Positions 37,977 through 48,441 of a stretch of 64,000 nt of DNA are shown in pieces. A program made the position numbers and the translations under genes. Source of the stretch: Candidatus Zambryskiibacteriota bacterium (GTDB lineage Bacteria; Patescibacteriota; Minisyncoccia; Phycocordibacterales; WO2-35-19); the NCBI GenBank assembly GCA_048499675.1, contig JASNZL010000009.1:303-64302 (forward strand), given 5' to 3'. The notes under the pieces were generated by a model that saw only the letters and a list, made by a program, of their open reading frames with translations, made no database searches and was not told where the DNA came from. The stretch's first letter is position 1. Each line of letters opens with the position of its first letter.

Positions 37977-40900
37977 GATTTTCTGTAGAAGATGGCTCAA
38001 CCGGAGCTTCTACAACCGGCTCCTCAACTACTGGTTCCTCTACCGACTCCTCCACTACCGGCTCTTCAACCGCCGGTTCCTCTACTGGCTCCTCAACCGG
38101 TGTTTCCGAAACTGTGGTCCCATCACTTACTGTTTCCTCACCCGAAGTATCATCGCTTGTAGTATTATCGTCAGTACTACCTCCCCCTGATTCACCTCCC
38201 GAAGTTCCACCATCAATTGCCGGACTCTGCCCTGCCGAATTCAAAATCTGTTGTAACTCAGTCTTTGTAATACACACATCATCCAAGCACAACACTTCAG
38301 TCTCCACTCTTTGCGCAGTAATTTTTTCTACAACTAGATTAACAAGTTTTACAAAATTATTTCCAATCTCCAAACCGATTTTCTTCAAGAAATTAAATAG
38401 CCCAGCAAACACAGTCGGTACTTCCAAACTTTCGCCACCATTCAAATCAGCAATTTCTACACCTCCAACATCTCTCCAACCTTTTTCTACCAAAACTATA
38501 GTAATCTCACTTGTTGTCGTAATCCCGTCCACCACTTTTTCAGTTGTAGTCGCAAGAGTCAATGCGCGCCCAACAGTATATCCACTTTCTATCATTTTAA
38601 CAGCAACCCCCGGAGTAGTTGATGATAATGTCAAATAATCACCAACTGCAATATCTCCATTCTCATTTGAAACTTTTACTGGCACCTGTCCGACCAAAGC
38701 CACAAGGACATTGTATTTTTCGTAATTAACATCACAATCAATATCACCCACCTTACACACTGGACCATTTCCAACAAATCCGGGATTTGTGGAAACAATT
38801 CCAACCGGTTCGTTCATTCCCAAAGTTTGGTAATCTGCTCTCAAAACAGCATTTTCTCCAACTTGATCGAGCATTACAATCTCACCCGCAACAGGCAAGT
38901 TATTTGTATCTGCCACTCTGAAGTATTCGGCCAAGTCAGCGCCTGATGTTGTATATGCGACAGCACTTGCACCTCCTTGGATTTTACCGGCCACAGTTCC
39001 CGCACCATCAGAAAATCCAATAAAGTAGTTGCCCGTTGTTCTGCTTGCATTTGCAACACCAAGCGAAATCAAAAGTCCATCTGCTCCAGTACCTGTGTTT
39101 TTGTTATTTATTCTAGCGATATAACTTGAAGCACTATCTCCGTCTACATTCAAGGTGTAAGTAAGAGTACTTGTTCCTATACCAACGCTTTGACTTGCGC
39201 TATTTACAACAAGAGCAGTAGAACCAGAACCATTCTGAATATTTAACGCTGTTGTGCTTGAAATATTCATAAACAAACCTCCTGAAGCAGTAAATCCAGA
39301 CAGGAATGTTCCGCCAGAAGAAAACATATTTAACAGATTTGATGTCTGCCCCGCAGACGCAGTTATGTCTATACCAGAATTATTCGTTGATGAAGTATCT
39401 ACCTCAAAAACAGGAGAACCAGCAGAAGTTTGAATAGAGAAAGCGGTCGTAGATGAAAGTCTTTGAATAAAAGAGCCCCACTGATTAACTTCAATCACGG
39501 TCCCACCTGTTGAGGTTGCAATTCTAAATATATCCGCGGAAGCAGAACCTTGTATAGCAAGTTTGGCTCCCGGTGAAACAACACCAATCCCCACATTTCC
39601 TCCCAAAGGATTTAATGTCATATCAAGAGCGATGCCTCCCGCTGTTTTTGTTCTAGCTTGAATCCAAGAAGCATTGCCACCGTTAACACCCAGAGCCAAG
39701 ACTGCATTCGTTGTACTATTTCCAAACAAAGCGCCTCTCGTTGGAGCAACTGAGAGTGCTTCTATCGCACCATCTCCCGCGTTGTTTACATGAAAACCAA
39801 CATTTGGAGTAGTGGTGCCAATCCCCACATTTCCATCTTGATTTACAATGATTCTGTTTTGATTATTAGTCCAAATGCTTGCCGTTGTTGCATCCACATT
39901 AAATCTCTGATTTTGAGTAGTTGAATCTCTAAGTCCACCACCAGCCCCAACAATATAATTTCCGGTCACATAAGCCGTTCCAATAACAGTAAGTTCTTGA
40001 GATGGGCTTGCAGTTCCTACTCCAACTTTCCCATTATTCAAAACAGTAAAGAGTGAAGTTGTTGCGCTTCCAGTTGAGCTTGCAATATTGAATAGTGTTG
40101 TATTTGTCTCACCATTGTTTGCGTGAATAGAAAGTTTTGCGTATGGTGATGTGGTGCCGATTCCGACGTTGCCATCATTTTGTCTTATATATAGTTGCCC
40201 AGAATTAAAATTAAAATTACCTGCCCCACTTATTGTTAGTCTCTGGTTTGCTCCACCTGTTCTAAATATAACAGAACCACTTCCAAAGTTATCAAAATAT
40301 AGTCCTCCTTGACTTGTTCTAAACACCATATTTCCTGCTTGGTCTAAAGAAAATATACCCGCACCCCCAACTGTTTGGAATGAGATTTCTGCCTGAGATG
40401 ACAGAGCTGTAGATTGTGCTTTAATTTTCGCACTACCAACAGTTGAATATACATGCAACATTTCACTCGGACTCACCGTCCCCACCCCAACATTCCCATT
40501 ATCCAAAATAGTAAATCTTTCTGTGTCAGCACTGTCACTCACTGCAAATGCTCTACCTGTAGTTGTCCCACCACCTTTGACTGATAGTTTTGCACTTGGG
40601 CTAGTTGTTCCAATGCCGACGTTACCTCCGCTTGCTTGAATCACAAAATTTCCATATCCCGTACCTGTCTTTGCTCCGTAGTAAGTTAGTGTTCCGTTAC
40701 CGGTGGTATTAAATGTAAACCAACCACCCACTTCCCCAGTATTCAAACCTTGCCCAAACATTAATCCAGCAGTTGATGCGCCGTACAAATGTAGGTTACT
40801 CTGAGGATTTGTCGTCCCGATGCCAACCCTACCAGAATTTTGCTGAACTATAAATTGGGAATTGCCAACAGTGAAGCCACCTGTTGAGATGGTTGATGTA

Positions 40901-42879
40901 GCGGTAGTTGAAGTAGCATTGAAATTACCAAATGTTGGAGTTGAGGTGGCTGTGATAATTCCTGAAGCGTTTGTTGAAAGAAGTGAATTAATTGCAACAG
41001 ATGAAAGTGTAGTGTTGCCAGAAACAGTGAGTCCTCCGCTTAGAGTTTGGAGAGCAGTAAATGTATTTGCTGTGTATGTTTTTGGAATTGTGGTTGATGC
41101 GTGGATGTAAGCATTGACTACTGAGTCAGAGTACGAAGTCAAACAACTACCTGCGATTGCAAAACATCCACCCGATAGGTTGATGCCGACATTTGAAGTG
41201 GTGGTTGCTTGACCGGAGATGTTTAATCCTGAGAGAGTGGTCGTACCAAAACCAAGTGCTGATACAGAGAGTTGTGTCGCTGTCGATGAACCGATGACGA
41301 AGCTGACCACATCACCCGCTACAGGATTGACTGAAAGTTTTGCAAATGGAGTAGTTGTCCCTATTCCAATCCTGCGGTTTTGGGTTCCACCGACCCCGTC
41401 TGATTCGGAGTAGATAGTAAACATTGGGTTGCCGTCTATCTGAGCGGTGTATGAATTGACAGTACCCAAAGTCGAAGCCGAGGTGACAGGCATATCAATC
41501 CAAGAGACGATTCCTGAATCAGCTTCAAAATTTATATTTCCGAGCGCCAAGTTATCAATTGATGTGACACCAGTTGAGGAATTGTGTGTCAAAGCGCCAC
41601 CGCCTACACTCAAATTTCCTGCGATTGTCGTCGTGCTGGTAGTCCCATACGCGGTAAAGAATTGAGCCAAAGTTTCGCCTTGGACAGAAAGAAGTGCTGA
41701 TGGGCTTGTGCTCCCTATTCCCACTCTGCCACCCAAAGTCGCAAGGTATGTATTGCCGGTCGCTGTGAGTTCTGTAGTTGTAGCGCCTCCGTTGAATATT
41801 TGTAATTGTGACCAAGTGTTTGCGGTGGTCGTGCCAAAAGCAAGGGAGATGTTGTTGGAAGATATTTGAAGAGGATAGAGAGCGCTCGTTATCCTATTTA
41901 TATATGCAATGTTCCAATCAGTAGTGCTTGCAGTTAGGGGTATGTTGTAGCCAGAAGTTGGGGCGATGTTGTTTGCTGTCCTTGTGAGTCCTCCAGAGAA
42001 AGTAAGTGGCGCTTCAAAATCTGTACCAAGAATCGCAGGAACAACCGAGCCAGAAGCGTTTGTTTTGAGCAGTGAGGAGGTAATGTTTGTGATGGCAAGA
42101 TTTGTCGTCGTTGCTTGTCCGGCCATTATATTTTGCAGTGTTGAAAGTCCGGAGATATTTAAGGTGCTTGTGCTCGTAATTCCGCCACCAAAGAAAGCGG
42201 TGCCTGATATATATGAATTACCATTTACGCTTAGTGTCGCATTTGGAGTGGTAGAACCAATACCAACTCTACCAGTCGATGTTACAGAAAGAACACTTGA
42301 GGAGCTTGGACCAAAAAATTCTGCAATTTTGCCCGCGCCATTTTGAATTATTGTAAAGTAGGTGCTTGCAGTTGTTGTAGCGTTTACAGCATCGCTTCGT
42401 AGGAATTGCTCGCTTGATAAACCATCAAGTCTATCTGCTTCAAAGGAGGCAGGGACCGCACCGAGTTTTTTCCTTGGCGACAGAGTCTCCCAAGTGACAC
42501 CGTCGGTACCGCCAATTTCTACCTCAAGCCAGAGGTCTTGATTGAAGTTTACTGATGTGAGAGGAGTGGAAGAACCGAGCAAAACAGAGAATAATCCATT
42601 TGTTACATTTATCCTATTACCAACAACTGCCGAACGATCATCTTCCCATATATGACTACCGCCCACTGCCTGTGTGTAGAGTCTAAACTTCATATGGTAT
42701 AGACCATCGGCAACAGCGGTGTTTGAGGAATTGGTTAGTTTACCTTGATAATTTATTTGTTCATTAAAATTAGCAGATGCAATTTCTGGAAAAGCAAAAC
42801 CATAAGGGAAAAGAAGTCCCACTATTATTATAGTGTTGATGATTTTGTGATATGTTGTTTTGCTAATAAAATCTTTCAT
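37972..42879 (-). CDS. 1635-aa secreted tail-fibre-like adhesin with C-terminal chaperone/autocleavage-like domain and acidic tail
   Basis: INYQGKL N-domain, many G(N/R)VGIGTT.P repeats, GADLAEYF...GIVSTNPG...VGQVPVKV...GDYLT, LCLDDVCIT, EEPVV repeats. Confidence 0.8.
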   Translation of the reverse strand: MKDFISKTTYHKIINTIIIVGLLFPYGFAFPEIASANFNEQINYQGKLTNSSNTAVADGLYHMKFRLYTQAVGGSHIWEDDRSAVVGNRINVTNGLFSVLLGSSTPLTSVNFNQDLWLEVEIGGTDGVTWETLSPRKKLGAVPASFEADRLDGLSSEQFLRSDAVNATTTASTYFTIIQNGAGKIAEFFGPSSSSVLSVTSTGRVGIGSTTPNATLSVNGNSYISGTAFFGGGITSTSTLNISGLSTLQNIMAGQATTTNLAITNITSSLLKTNASGSVVPAILGTDFEAPLTFSGGLTRTANNIAPTSGYNIPLTASTTDWNIAYINRITSALYPLQISSNNISLAFGTTTANTWSQLQIFNGGATTTELTATGNTYLATLGGRVGIGSTSPSALLSVQGETLAQFFTAYGTTSTTTIAGNLSVGGGALTHNSSTGVTSIDNLALGNINFEADSGIVSWIDMPVTSASTLGTVNSYTAQIDGNPMFTIYSESDGVGGTQNRRIGIGTTTPFAKLSVNPVAGDVVSFVIGSSTATQLSVSALGFGTTTLSGLNISGQATTTSNVGINLSGGCFAIAGSCLTSYSDSVVNAYIHASTTIPKTYTANTFTALQTLSGGLTVSGNTTLSSVAINSLLSTNASGIITATSTPTFGNFNATSTTATSTISTGGFTVGNSQFIVQQNSGRVGIGTTNPQSNLHLYGASTAGLMFGQGLNTGEVGGWFTFNTTGNGTLTYYGAKTGTGYGNFVIQASGGNVGIGTTSPSAKLSVKGGGTTTGRAFAVSDSADTERFTILDNGNVGVGTVSPSEMLHVYSTVGSAKIKAQSTALSSQAEISFQTVGGAGIFSLDQAGNMVFRTSQGGLYFDNFGSGSVIFRTGGANQRLTISGAGNFNFNSGQLYIRQNDGNVGIGTTSPYAKLSIHANNGETNTTLFNIASSTGSATTSLFTVLNNGKVGVGTASPSQELTVIGTAYVTGNYIVGAGGGLRDSTTQNQRFNVDATTASIWTNNQNRIIVNQDGNVGIGTTTPNVGFHVNNAGDGAIEALSVAPTRGALFGNSTTNAVLALGVNGGNASWIQARTKTAGGIALDMTLNPLGGNVGIGVVSPGAKLAIQGSASADIFRIATSTGGTVIEVNQWGSFIQRLSSTTAFSIQTSAGSPVFEVDTSSTNNSGIDITASAGQTSNLLNMFSSGGTFLSGFTASGGLFMNISSTTALNIQNGSGSTALVVNSASQSVGIGTSTLTYTLNVDGDSASSYIARINNKNTGTGADGLLISLGVANASRTTGNYFIGFSDGAGTVAGKIQGGASAVAYTTSGADLAEYFRVADTNNLPVAGEIVMLDQVGENAVLRADYQTLGMNEPVGIVSTNPGFVGNGPVCKVGDIDCDVNYEKYNVLVALVGQVPVKVSNENGDIAVGDYLTLSSTTPGVAVKMIESGYTVGRALTLATTTEKVVDGITTTSEITIVLVEKGWRDVGGVEIADLNGGESLEVPTVFAGLFNFLKKIGLEIGNNFVKLVNLVVEKITAQRVETEVLCLDDVCITKTELQQILNSAGQSPAIDGGTSGGESGGGSTDDNTTSDDTSGEETVSDGTTVSETPVEEPVEEPAVEEPVVEESVEEPVVEEPVVEAPVEPSSTENP

Positions 42880-42939
42880 CTATCTGCTTTTTTGTTTTTT
42901 ATGTTTTGTTTTAAACTTTTACCCACTAATTACTGTTGA

Positions 42940-44679
42940 CTATTGACTCTTATCTCTAAACTCTTGCTCCTCAACTATTGACTGTTGACTCTCAACTGTT
43001 GACTCTTCATTCGTGTCGAGTTTAGTGTCATTTGAAAAATTTTCGTAGCTTTTCGTATCTTTCGCCCGCCTGCGAGCGCCTGCAGTCGCAGACAATGGCG
43101 GGCAGGCATAATTTTCGTATCGTTTCTTTTTCTTAAACAACAGCAACCAAAATTTTCTAAACAACCAAATCAAGAGTAGAACAAAAAGTATGAACCAGAA
43201 GTATTCAGACAAAATAATTAGAAACCCTGTTATTTTGTCAGCCAAAACAAAATTGTTTGATAGAGCAAGTGATGCAACAAGATTCCCGTCTATTTTTTTT
43301 AGTCCTTGATTTTTGTGATCGAGAATAGATATATGCATTCCGTAATTTCCAGATCTGCCAAGTGGAGCAATCACCGCCTCATAACCATTTTTTTCTTTGT
43401 TTATCCTCAAAAGGAAAGAGAATACTTTTGATGGATCTATCGGGTCGTAGAGTGTGATACTAATTGTTTTTAAAACTTCAGGAACTTTTTCGTAAGGCAG
43501 TCTGACTGTAAATGGTTTATCGCCAATAAGAGAAACTGTGTTTTTTTCAAATGGAAGTATTTTTCCTTCTTGAATAAATTCAAAATCTAACAAAGACAAC
43601 TCTTCTATCATTTGATCTACAATCGGGGATTTTGGGAGGAAGTCATATATATAAGGAGTGTGATCTACTATTTCCCCCGGTAGCGCTATGCGAGCATGAG
43701 CAATCGCTCCAGACGCATAATTTCCATTTTTATCTACCGCAAAAATTGTATAGAAATACAATTTTCCTTTTTCTACATCTCTATCAACATAAGATTCGCC
43801 TAATCCTCTATAAATTTCTTTTCCATCTAATATGTCCTTCGGGTAAAAAATGTCTGAACGGATTATCCTCACTTCTCTTAGATCTTTATCTGGTGGATTG
43901 TTCCAAGACAAATCTATCGACGAATCATTTTGTATTGCAACAAAATTTATTGGGTTTGAAGGTGGAGTAAAGTCAGGCAATGATTTTGTTTGGAATGTGG
44001 TTTCGGCAACCACCTGTCTACCAAAAGCATCTACTGATTGTATCTTTATATAGTATGAGGTATCACTCTCAAGATCTGAGATTTTTATATTGTGTGCCGG
44101 AATATATAATTTGCTTTGTATAGAACCCAACTCATAGTCTTTTGTTTTTCCCCAGAAAACCGTTCCCAAAGTAGCCCTGTTTGTTATCCAATTAATGACT
44201 GCAGAATCTGGCTGTGTAGCAATGTTTATATTGATAAAAATCAAAGAACTTCCACCGGGAGGCCCGACTACAGGTTTTGGAGTTGTAACAAGGACCGAAT
44301 CAGAAAGAGGCGATTCATTTGTTGCATTATCTACGGTAGACACTCTATATTCATATAAAGTATCTGCTTGTAAGTCAGTGTCGTAGAAAAATAAATCTGG
44401 AGTAGTTCCTATAAACACACCGTCTCTATATATCTTGTAATGAAGAATTCCAGCCGAAGCTGTCCCAGCATCCCAAGAAAGGTTGATTTGGCTCGTCGAT
44501 ACTGCTGTAGCGACGAGGTTGGTCGGGGCAGTTGGTGGTATACCATCTGTCACTGTTACACTCACCTCAAAAGTGCTCTCAGAAGCATAGACGTTTTTTA
44601 CACCAGAAAATGAACCAAACAAAAGAACGAGACAAACGTAGGCTGATATTATTTTTTTACTTTTTGAATTTAATTTCAT
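42940..44679 (-). CDS. Fibronectin type III repeat surface protein with C-terminal TM
   Basis: PTAPTNL...INLSW...YKIYRDG...YEYRV; second and third Fn3-like domains; TM plus basic tail. Confidence 0.85.
   Translation of the reverse strand: MKLNSKSKKIISAYVCLVLLFGSFSGVKNVYASESTFEVSVTVTDGIPPTAPTNLVATAVSTSQINLSWDAGTASAGILHYKIYRDGVFIGTTPDLFFYDTDLQADTLYEYRVSTVDNATNESPLSDSVLVTTPKPVVGPPGGSSLIFININIATQPDSAVINWITNRATLGTVFWGKTKDYELGSIQSKLYIPAHNIKISDLESDTSYYIKIQSVDAFGRQVVAETTFQTKSLPDFTPPSNPINFVAIQNDSSIDLSWNNPPDKDLREVRIIRSDIFYPKDILDGKEIYRGLGESYVDRDVEKGKLYFYTIFAVDKNGNYASGAIAHARIALPGEIVDHTPYIYDFLPKSPIVDQMIEELSLLDFEFIQEGKILPFEKNTVSLIGDKPFTVRLPYEKVPEVLKTISITLYDPIDPSKVFSFLLRINKEKNGYEAVIAPLGRSGNYGMHISILDHKNQGLKKIDGNLVASLALSNNFVLADKITGFLIILSEYFWFILFVLLLIWLFRKFWLLLFKKKKRYENYACPPLSATAGARRRAKDTKSYENFSNDTKLDTNEESTVESQQSIVEEQEFRDKSQ
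43065..43106 (-). repeat. REP-like palindrome (42 bp) inserted in frame within a CGAAA-phased repeat
   Basis: cctgcccgcc...gcaggcggg followed by CGAA on the minus strand. Confidence 0.75.
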
Positions 44680-44682
44680 CTT

Positions 44683-45462
44683 CTAGATTGGCAACAAAGT
44701 TAAGGTTGTAGTAGCTGTGTATGTGCCCTCCGGCTGATTTCCTCCGTATATAACTTCTGCTTGGAATTTTATTGTGGTAGTTGCACCATTTGGATGATTA
44801 CCACTATTTCTAGTACTTATTATTTTTTCTGTAGTACTTAAACCGTCCCAACATTTATTTTCATTTGAACTAGTCCCAGCATTACAAGAAAAACCATTAT
44901 TTTTGTAAGCATTTGAAACATCCAAACCATACGGATTGAATCCGAAGTGAGAAACAGTAGGTTGATTAAAGTCTAGATCGGGATCTGCTCCTATTGGTGA
45001 GTAGTCAGCAAAACTGTTTGCTCCCCAAGTCAATGCAGGAGAACTAAGAGCCTTTATTGACAACTCATAACCAGAAGGACTATCTGTCGTTACAACAACA
45101 GAAGTAGTGCCCGAAGCAATACCGCCTGTGATTCCAGCAATTGATGGTAGTAATACAACATCTGGAGCAGAAGTCATTGCTAAATAAACTTCTTGCATTT
45201 GTTGATAGCCTGCTTTTAATCTGTATGAAGTGCTTCCCGATTCACCCGTAGCTATTTCTCCAAAAGTATCTTCGATTATGTAGCTTGCAGAATCAGAGTA
45301 AGCTCCTCCAAAATTTATGCTATCACTTTGTATTTTATAACTACCACTAGACATAACCTGTCCAAAAACTTGACCAAAGGAAAAAATGTTTACTACAAAC
45401 AAAATTAAAAATGGAATATAAAATTTAATTTTGTTTAATTTAATTTCTTTTTTTAAAAACAT
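44683..45462 (-). CDS. Secreted beta-rich protein, paralog of 46475..47155 (WxL-like)
   Basis: MSSGSYKIQSDSINFGG; V.V.TD...GY.L; C-terminal GTYTATTTLT. Confidence 0.7.
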   Translation of the reverse strand: MFLKKEIKLNKIKFYIPFLILFVVNIFSFGQVFGQVMSSGSYKIQSDSINFGGAYSDSASYIIEDTFGEIATGESGSTSYRLKAGYQQMQEVYLAMTSAPDVVLLPSIAGITGGIASGTTSVVVTTDSPSGYELSIKALSSPALTWGANSFADYSPIGADPDLDFNQPTVSHFGFNPYGLDVSNAYKNNGFSCNAGTSSNENKCWDGLSTTEKIISTRNSGNHPNGATTTIKFQAEVIYGGNQPEGTYTATTTLTLLPI

Positions 45463-45481
45463 TTTGTTTTGTTATGACAAT

Positions 45482-46465
45482 TTATTTCCTTTTAATCTCA
45501 AATTTAGACATAACCAATTTAATCAGAGTAATCACTATTACAAAGAACACGAACACGAGACCTACGAGCATCCAAGGTATTACGTAAAACGTAACAACTT
45601 TTGTGTCAATTATGTTGTCATAACCTCTATTAACGTTAAGTTCAGCATCATATTTCCCAAACAAAAATGATGGGCTCCAAGACACCTCTCTTAACCTAAG
45701 AGAACTCGGCATCGCAAACCATGGCTCTATTTCTACAAGACCAACCTCCTGACCAAAAATGTTTTTGATTGAAATCTCTCCATATGGATTCAAGTGAACA
45801 GAACCTTCGTTTCTATAAAGAATCTGGAAATTAACTGGCGAACCTGATATGAATTTTTTATCACCAACAATTTTGAAATCTGTAACTTCTCCTTTTTCAT
45901 TGACGTCCCCTGGGACTCTAACAAAAAAGAGTATTCCTATTCTAGAAACTATTGCAGTACCACCGGTTGCACCCGATACTTCTCGCCCTTGGTTTAGTGT
46001 TGTTGTTGTAACAAGAATAGTTCCATAATGACCCCCCGGTTCTACATCTTGAGGAACAGATATTTTAACTGGAATTGTAGCTCTTTCATTGTTTTTAAGC
46101 TCAAATCTTTTTGGCTCAAAAATAAGATAGTCTCTTAGTGAATACGGACCTTTTTCATCTCCAAGCAATACGACAGTTTGGTTTGTAGATTCAGAACCAA
46201 TAAAATCTTCTACTTGGAGTTCGAACATTCTATCCTCACCCATTCTATTACTTACATATATATCGATTGTTCGTGATTCACCAGGACTCAATAAAACATC
46301 AACTTTCCCAGGGCCAACTACAAAATCTCTAGTTCCAGAATATTCTCCCAATTGTTCAATTTTGTAATTTGCGTAAACAGATGCAGAAGGAACAACAAGA
46401 AACAACAAAAACATTAAAGCAAGGAATGGTTTCTTTATTCTTTTTTTAATTTTTATTTTTTCCAT
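45482..46465 (-). CDS. DUF916-like (WxL-associated) membrane-anchored protein
   Basis: VGPGKVD..LSPGE, VP.DVEPGGHYG, RIGILFFVRVPG, NEGSVHLNPYG, C-terminal TM. Confidence 0.65.
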   Translation of the reverse strand: MEKIKIKKRIKKPFLALMFLLFLVVPSASVYANYKIEQLGEYSGTRDFVVGPGKVDVLLSPGESRTIDIYVSNRMGEDRMFELQVEDFIGSESTNQTVVLLGDEKGPYSLRDYLIFEPKRFELKNNERATIPVKISVPQDVEPGGHYGTILVTTTTLNQGREVSGATGGTAIVSRIGILFFVRVPGDVNEKGEVTDFKIVGDKKFISGSPVNFQILYRNEGSVHLNPYGEISIKNIFGQEVGLVEIEPWFAMPSSLRLREVSWSPSFLFGKYDAELNVNRGYDNIIDTKVVTFYVIPWMLVGLVFVFFVIVITLIKLVMSKFEIKRK

Positions 46466-46474
46466 ACTCGTTTG

Positions 46475-47155
46475 TTAATTTGTTGTTGCTGTTAGTGTGG
46501 TTGTTGCTGTGTATACGTCTTCAGGAATAAGTGGTATTGGATTTGGGTTTATAGTTAGTCTGAATTTTAGAGTTGTAGTAGATCCGGAAGTTGGTGTGAA
46601 TGTATTCCTGTTTACTAAGACATAGTTTGTTGTTGTTGCATTAAGCCAACATCTATCTGCTGTATTTGATGATCCGGTTCCACAAGCTGAAGTACCGTTA
46701 TCTAACCAACTTGGCGCTAGGTCAGAAGTTGTACTTGCTTCTACGGAATAACCAAACTCAGCAGTATTTGCGGGTACCGAAAAGATAAAGTCAGGTACAC
46801 CGGGAGTTGTAGGTGTGTAGTTTGGAATTACTCCACCCTGTGTATGCCCTTGCATTGCAGGAGTCGAACTTGCTTTCAGTGTCATTGTGTATCCCGCGCT
46901 ATCGTTTGTTACAACCACAACTTGTGTTTGTCCGTTTGACGTACCTCCAGTCAAACCGGGAATAGAAGCTAGTGTTACATCTGTGGCGGGAACCGAAAAG
47001 GCAACTTCAGACGTAACAGAAACGCTTACCGTAAACTGATCTTCTATAGCAAGCAAGTTGGTTGGTTCTAAAGTTGAGAACCCAGCAAAGCTTATTAGGC
47101 TTAATATGAGGGCCCCAACTATAATTTCTTTTGTGTGTATTTTTTTTGCATTCAT
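46475..47155 (-). CDS. Secreted beta-rich protein (WxL-like)
   Basis: Signal peptide; VTNDSAGYTMT; C-terminal DVYTATTTLTAT. Confidence 0.7.
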   Translation of the reverse strand: MNAKKIHTKEIIVGALILSLISFAGFSTLEPTNLLAIEDQFTVSVSVTSEVAFSVPATDVTLASIPGLTGGTSNGQTQVVVVTNDSAGYTMTLKASSTPAMQGHTQGGVIPNYTPTTPGVPDFIFSVPANTAEFGYSVEASTTSDLAPSWLDNGTSACGTGSSNTADRCWLNATTTNYVLVNRNTFTPTSGSTTTLKFRLTINPNPIPLIPEDVYTATTTLTATTN

Positions 47156-47205
47156 TTTAATAAATTAATAATTTGAACTAATAATTTTTAAAAGAGTTGA
47201 AGAAT

Positions 47206-48441
47206 TTATTCTTTCTCTTTCATCGGCACCAAAACATACATATAATCTTCTCCTCTTTTTTCCCTAAAGACGGGTGTAATTGTGCCTGACACACCATCTT
47301 CATCGACCTTTATTTCAACTTCATCCGAAAATGAACTTTGAATGTTGTTTGTTAATGTCTGTCTTACACGCTCATCTTCAGCGTAAGGTAAGACGACCAA
47401 ACCATTGGGATAATTTTGTGAATCTCTTTCAGCCGATATATTTGTAACCGCCGTATCTCCATCATAAAAAAACTTATCTCCAGAATTAGCAGGAGTATTT
47501 ACTGCCACATTACTTCCAAACATAACTTTTATGACAGCCATTCTGATTTTGTAATTCCAGAAAGAAATTTTCTTTTTTGCTTTACTAATAAAATTATCTG
47601 TACTTTTTAAGTCATACTTGTCGGATCCATAGTCAGTACTCAAAAATACACCTGCAACTACAGACGCTTTATTTGAAACTCGATCACCAAACATATCCAA
47701 TTTTTTTGAAATCTCTCTCAAATCAAAACTTTCTTTTATCAGAGATGCCCTTGTTGCAAATTGTGCATCTATCAAACTTTCTTCATTTTTTGACCAGACA
47801 AAAATAAGCAACAAAACCGCCATGAGAGAAACACCGACAGTGTTTCTAAACATTCGAAGATTAAAAATTTCACTGTTTTTATTTTTTTGAATGACTGTTG
47901 GACTAGTTTTTGAATGCAAAAACTTATCTGCGTTTGCTTTGGTAATCTTTGGGAAAAGAAAATACTCATCCTCTAATTCATACGTAATGAAAGTATTATT
48001 GCTCTTTACAATCTTGAGTGAAGGAAGGTATGTGTTTTTTTCATATAAGGTTTTGCGGATAAATGACAAATCCTCAGTAGAACTGTCGAGCACAGTTTGA
48101 TTAATTGAAGTGGCTTCAGGAGTAGCTCCTTCAACATCTTCTGTTTGAAAATATTTTTTATTATGGTCTTGGTTTTCTTGACTAACAATTTTTTTAGTTG
48201 TATCAATTTTTTTAACCGATCTAAGTGATTTATATTTTCTTCTAGCTAATCTAGTTTTTGCAGATTTCTTGTGGTTAATCAAATCACTCTCAGAGACAAA
48301 CCAAAAGTGTCCGATCATAATTCCATCTACTTTTTTTGATCTACAAAGTTGGCCTATGTAATCGGTCGTGTAGCCAAAAATTTTTTCGGCACTACTAGCC
48401 GAGATATACTTTTTCCCTTTTTCAAAAATAGGCTTATCCAT
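47206..48441 (-). CDS. N-terminal excisionase/MerR-like HTH, TM, C-terminal extracellular domain
   Basis: YISASSA..IFGYTTDYIGQLCR..KV...IGHFWFV; TM near residue 200. Confidence 0.7.
   Translation of the reverse strand: MDKPIFEKGKKYISASSAEKIFGYTTDYIGQLCRSKKVDGIMIGHFWFVSESDLINHKKSAKTRLARRKYKSLRSVKKIDTTKKIVSQENQDHNKKYFQTEDVEGATPEATSINQTVLDSSTEDLSFIRKTLYEKNTYLPSLKIVKSNNTFITYELEDEYFLFPKITKANADKFLHSKTSPTVIQKNKNSEIFNLRMFRNTVGVSLMAVLLLIFVWSKNEESLIDAQFATRASLIKESFDLREISKKLDMFGDRVSNKASVVAGVFLSTDYGSDKYDLKSTDNFISKAKKKISFWNYKIRMAVIKVMFGSNVAVNTPANSGDKFFYDGDTAVTNISAERDSQNYPNGLVVLPYAEDERVRQTLTNNIQSSFSDEVEIKVDEDGVSGTITPVFREKRGEDYMYVLVPMKEKE

Noticed and set aside
23067-38638. Track ORFs inside the arrays (e.g. 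23067, 23219, 25456, 25519, 27335, 27619, 27697, 27750, 28591, 31787, 37840, 37868)
   Set aside because: Low-complexity translations (IRPIRP, RTDRTN, SYLSY) arise from the 9-bp period or from antisense to real genes; no independent evidence of coding.
37972-42879. Prophage
   Set aside because: The tail-fibre-like protein has a signal peptide, and no capsid, terminase, portal or integrase genes are nearby.
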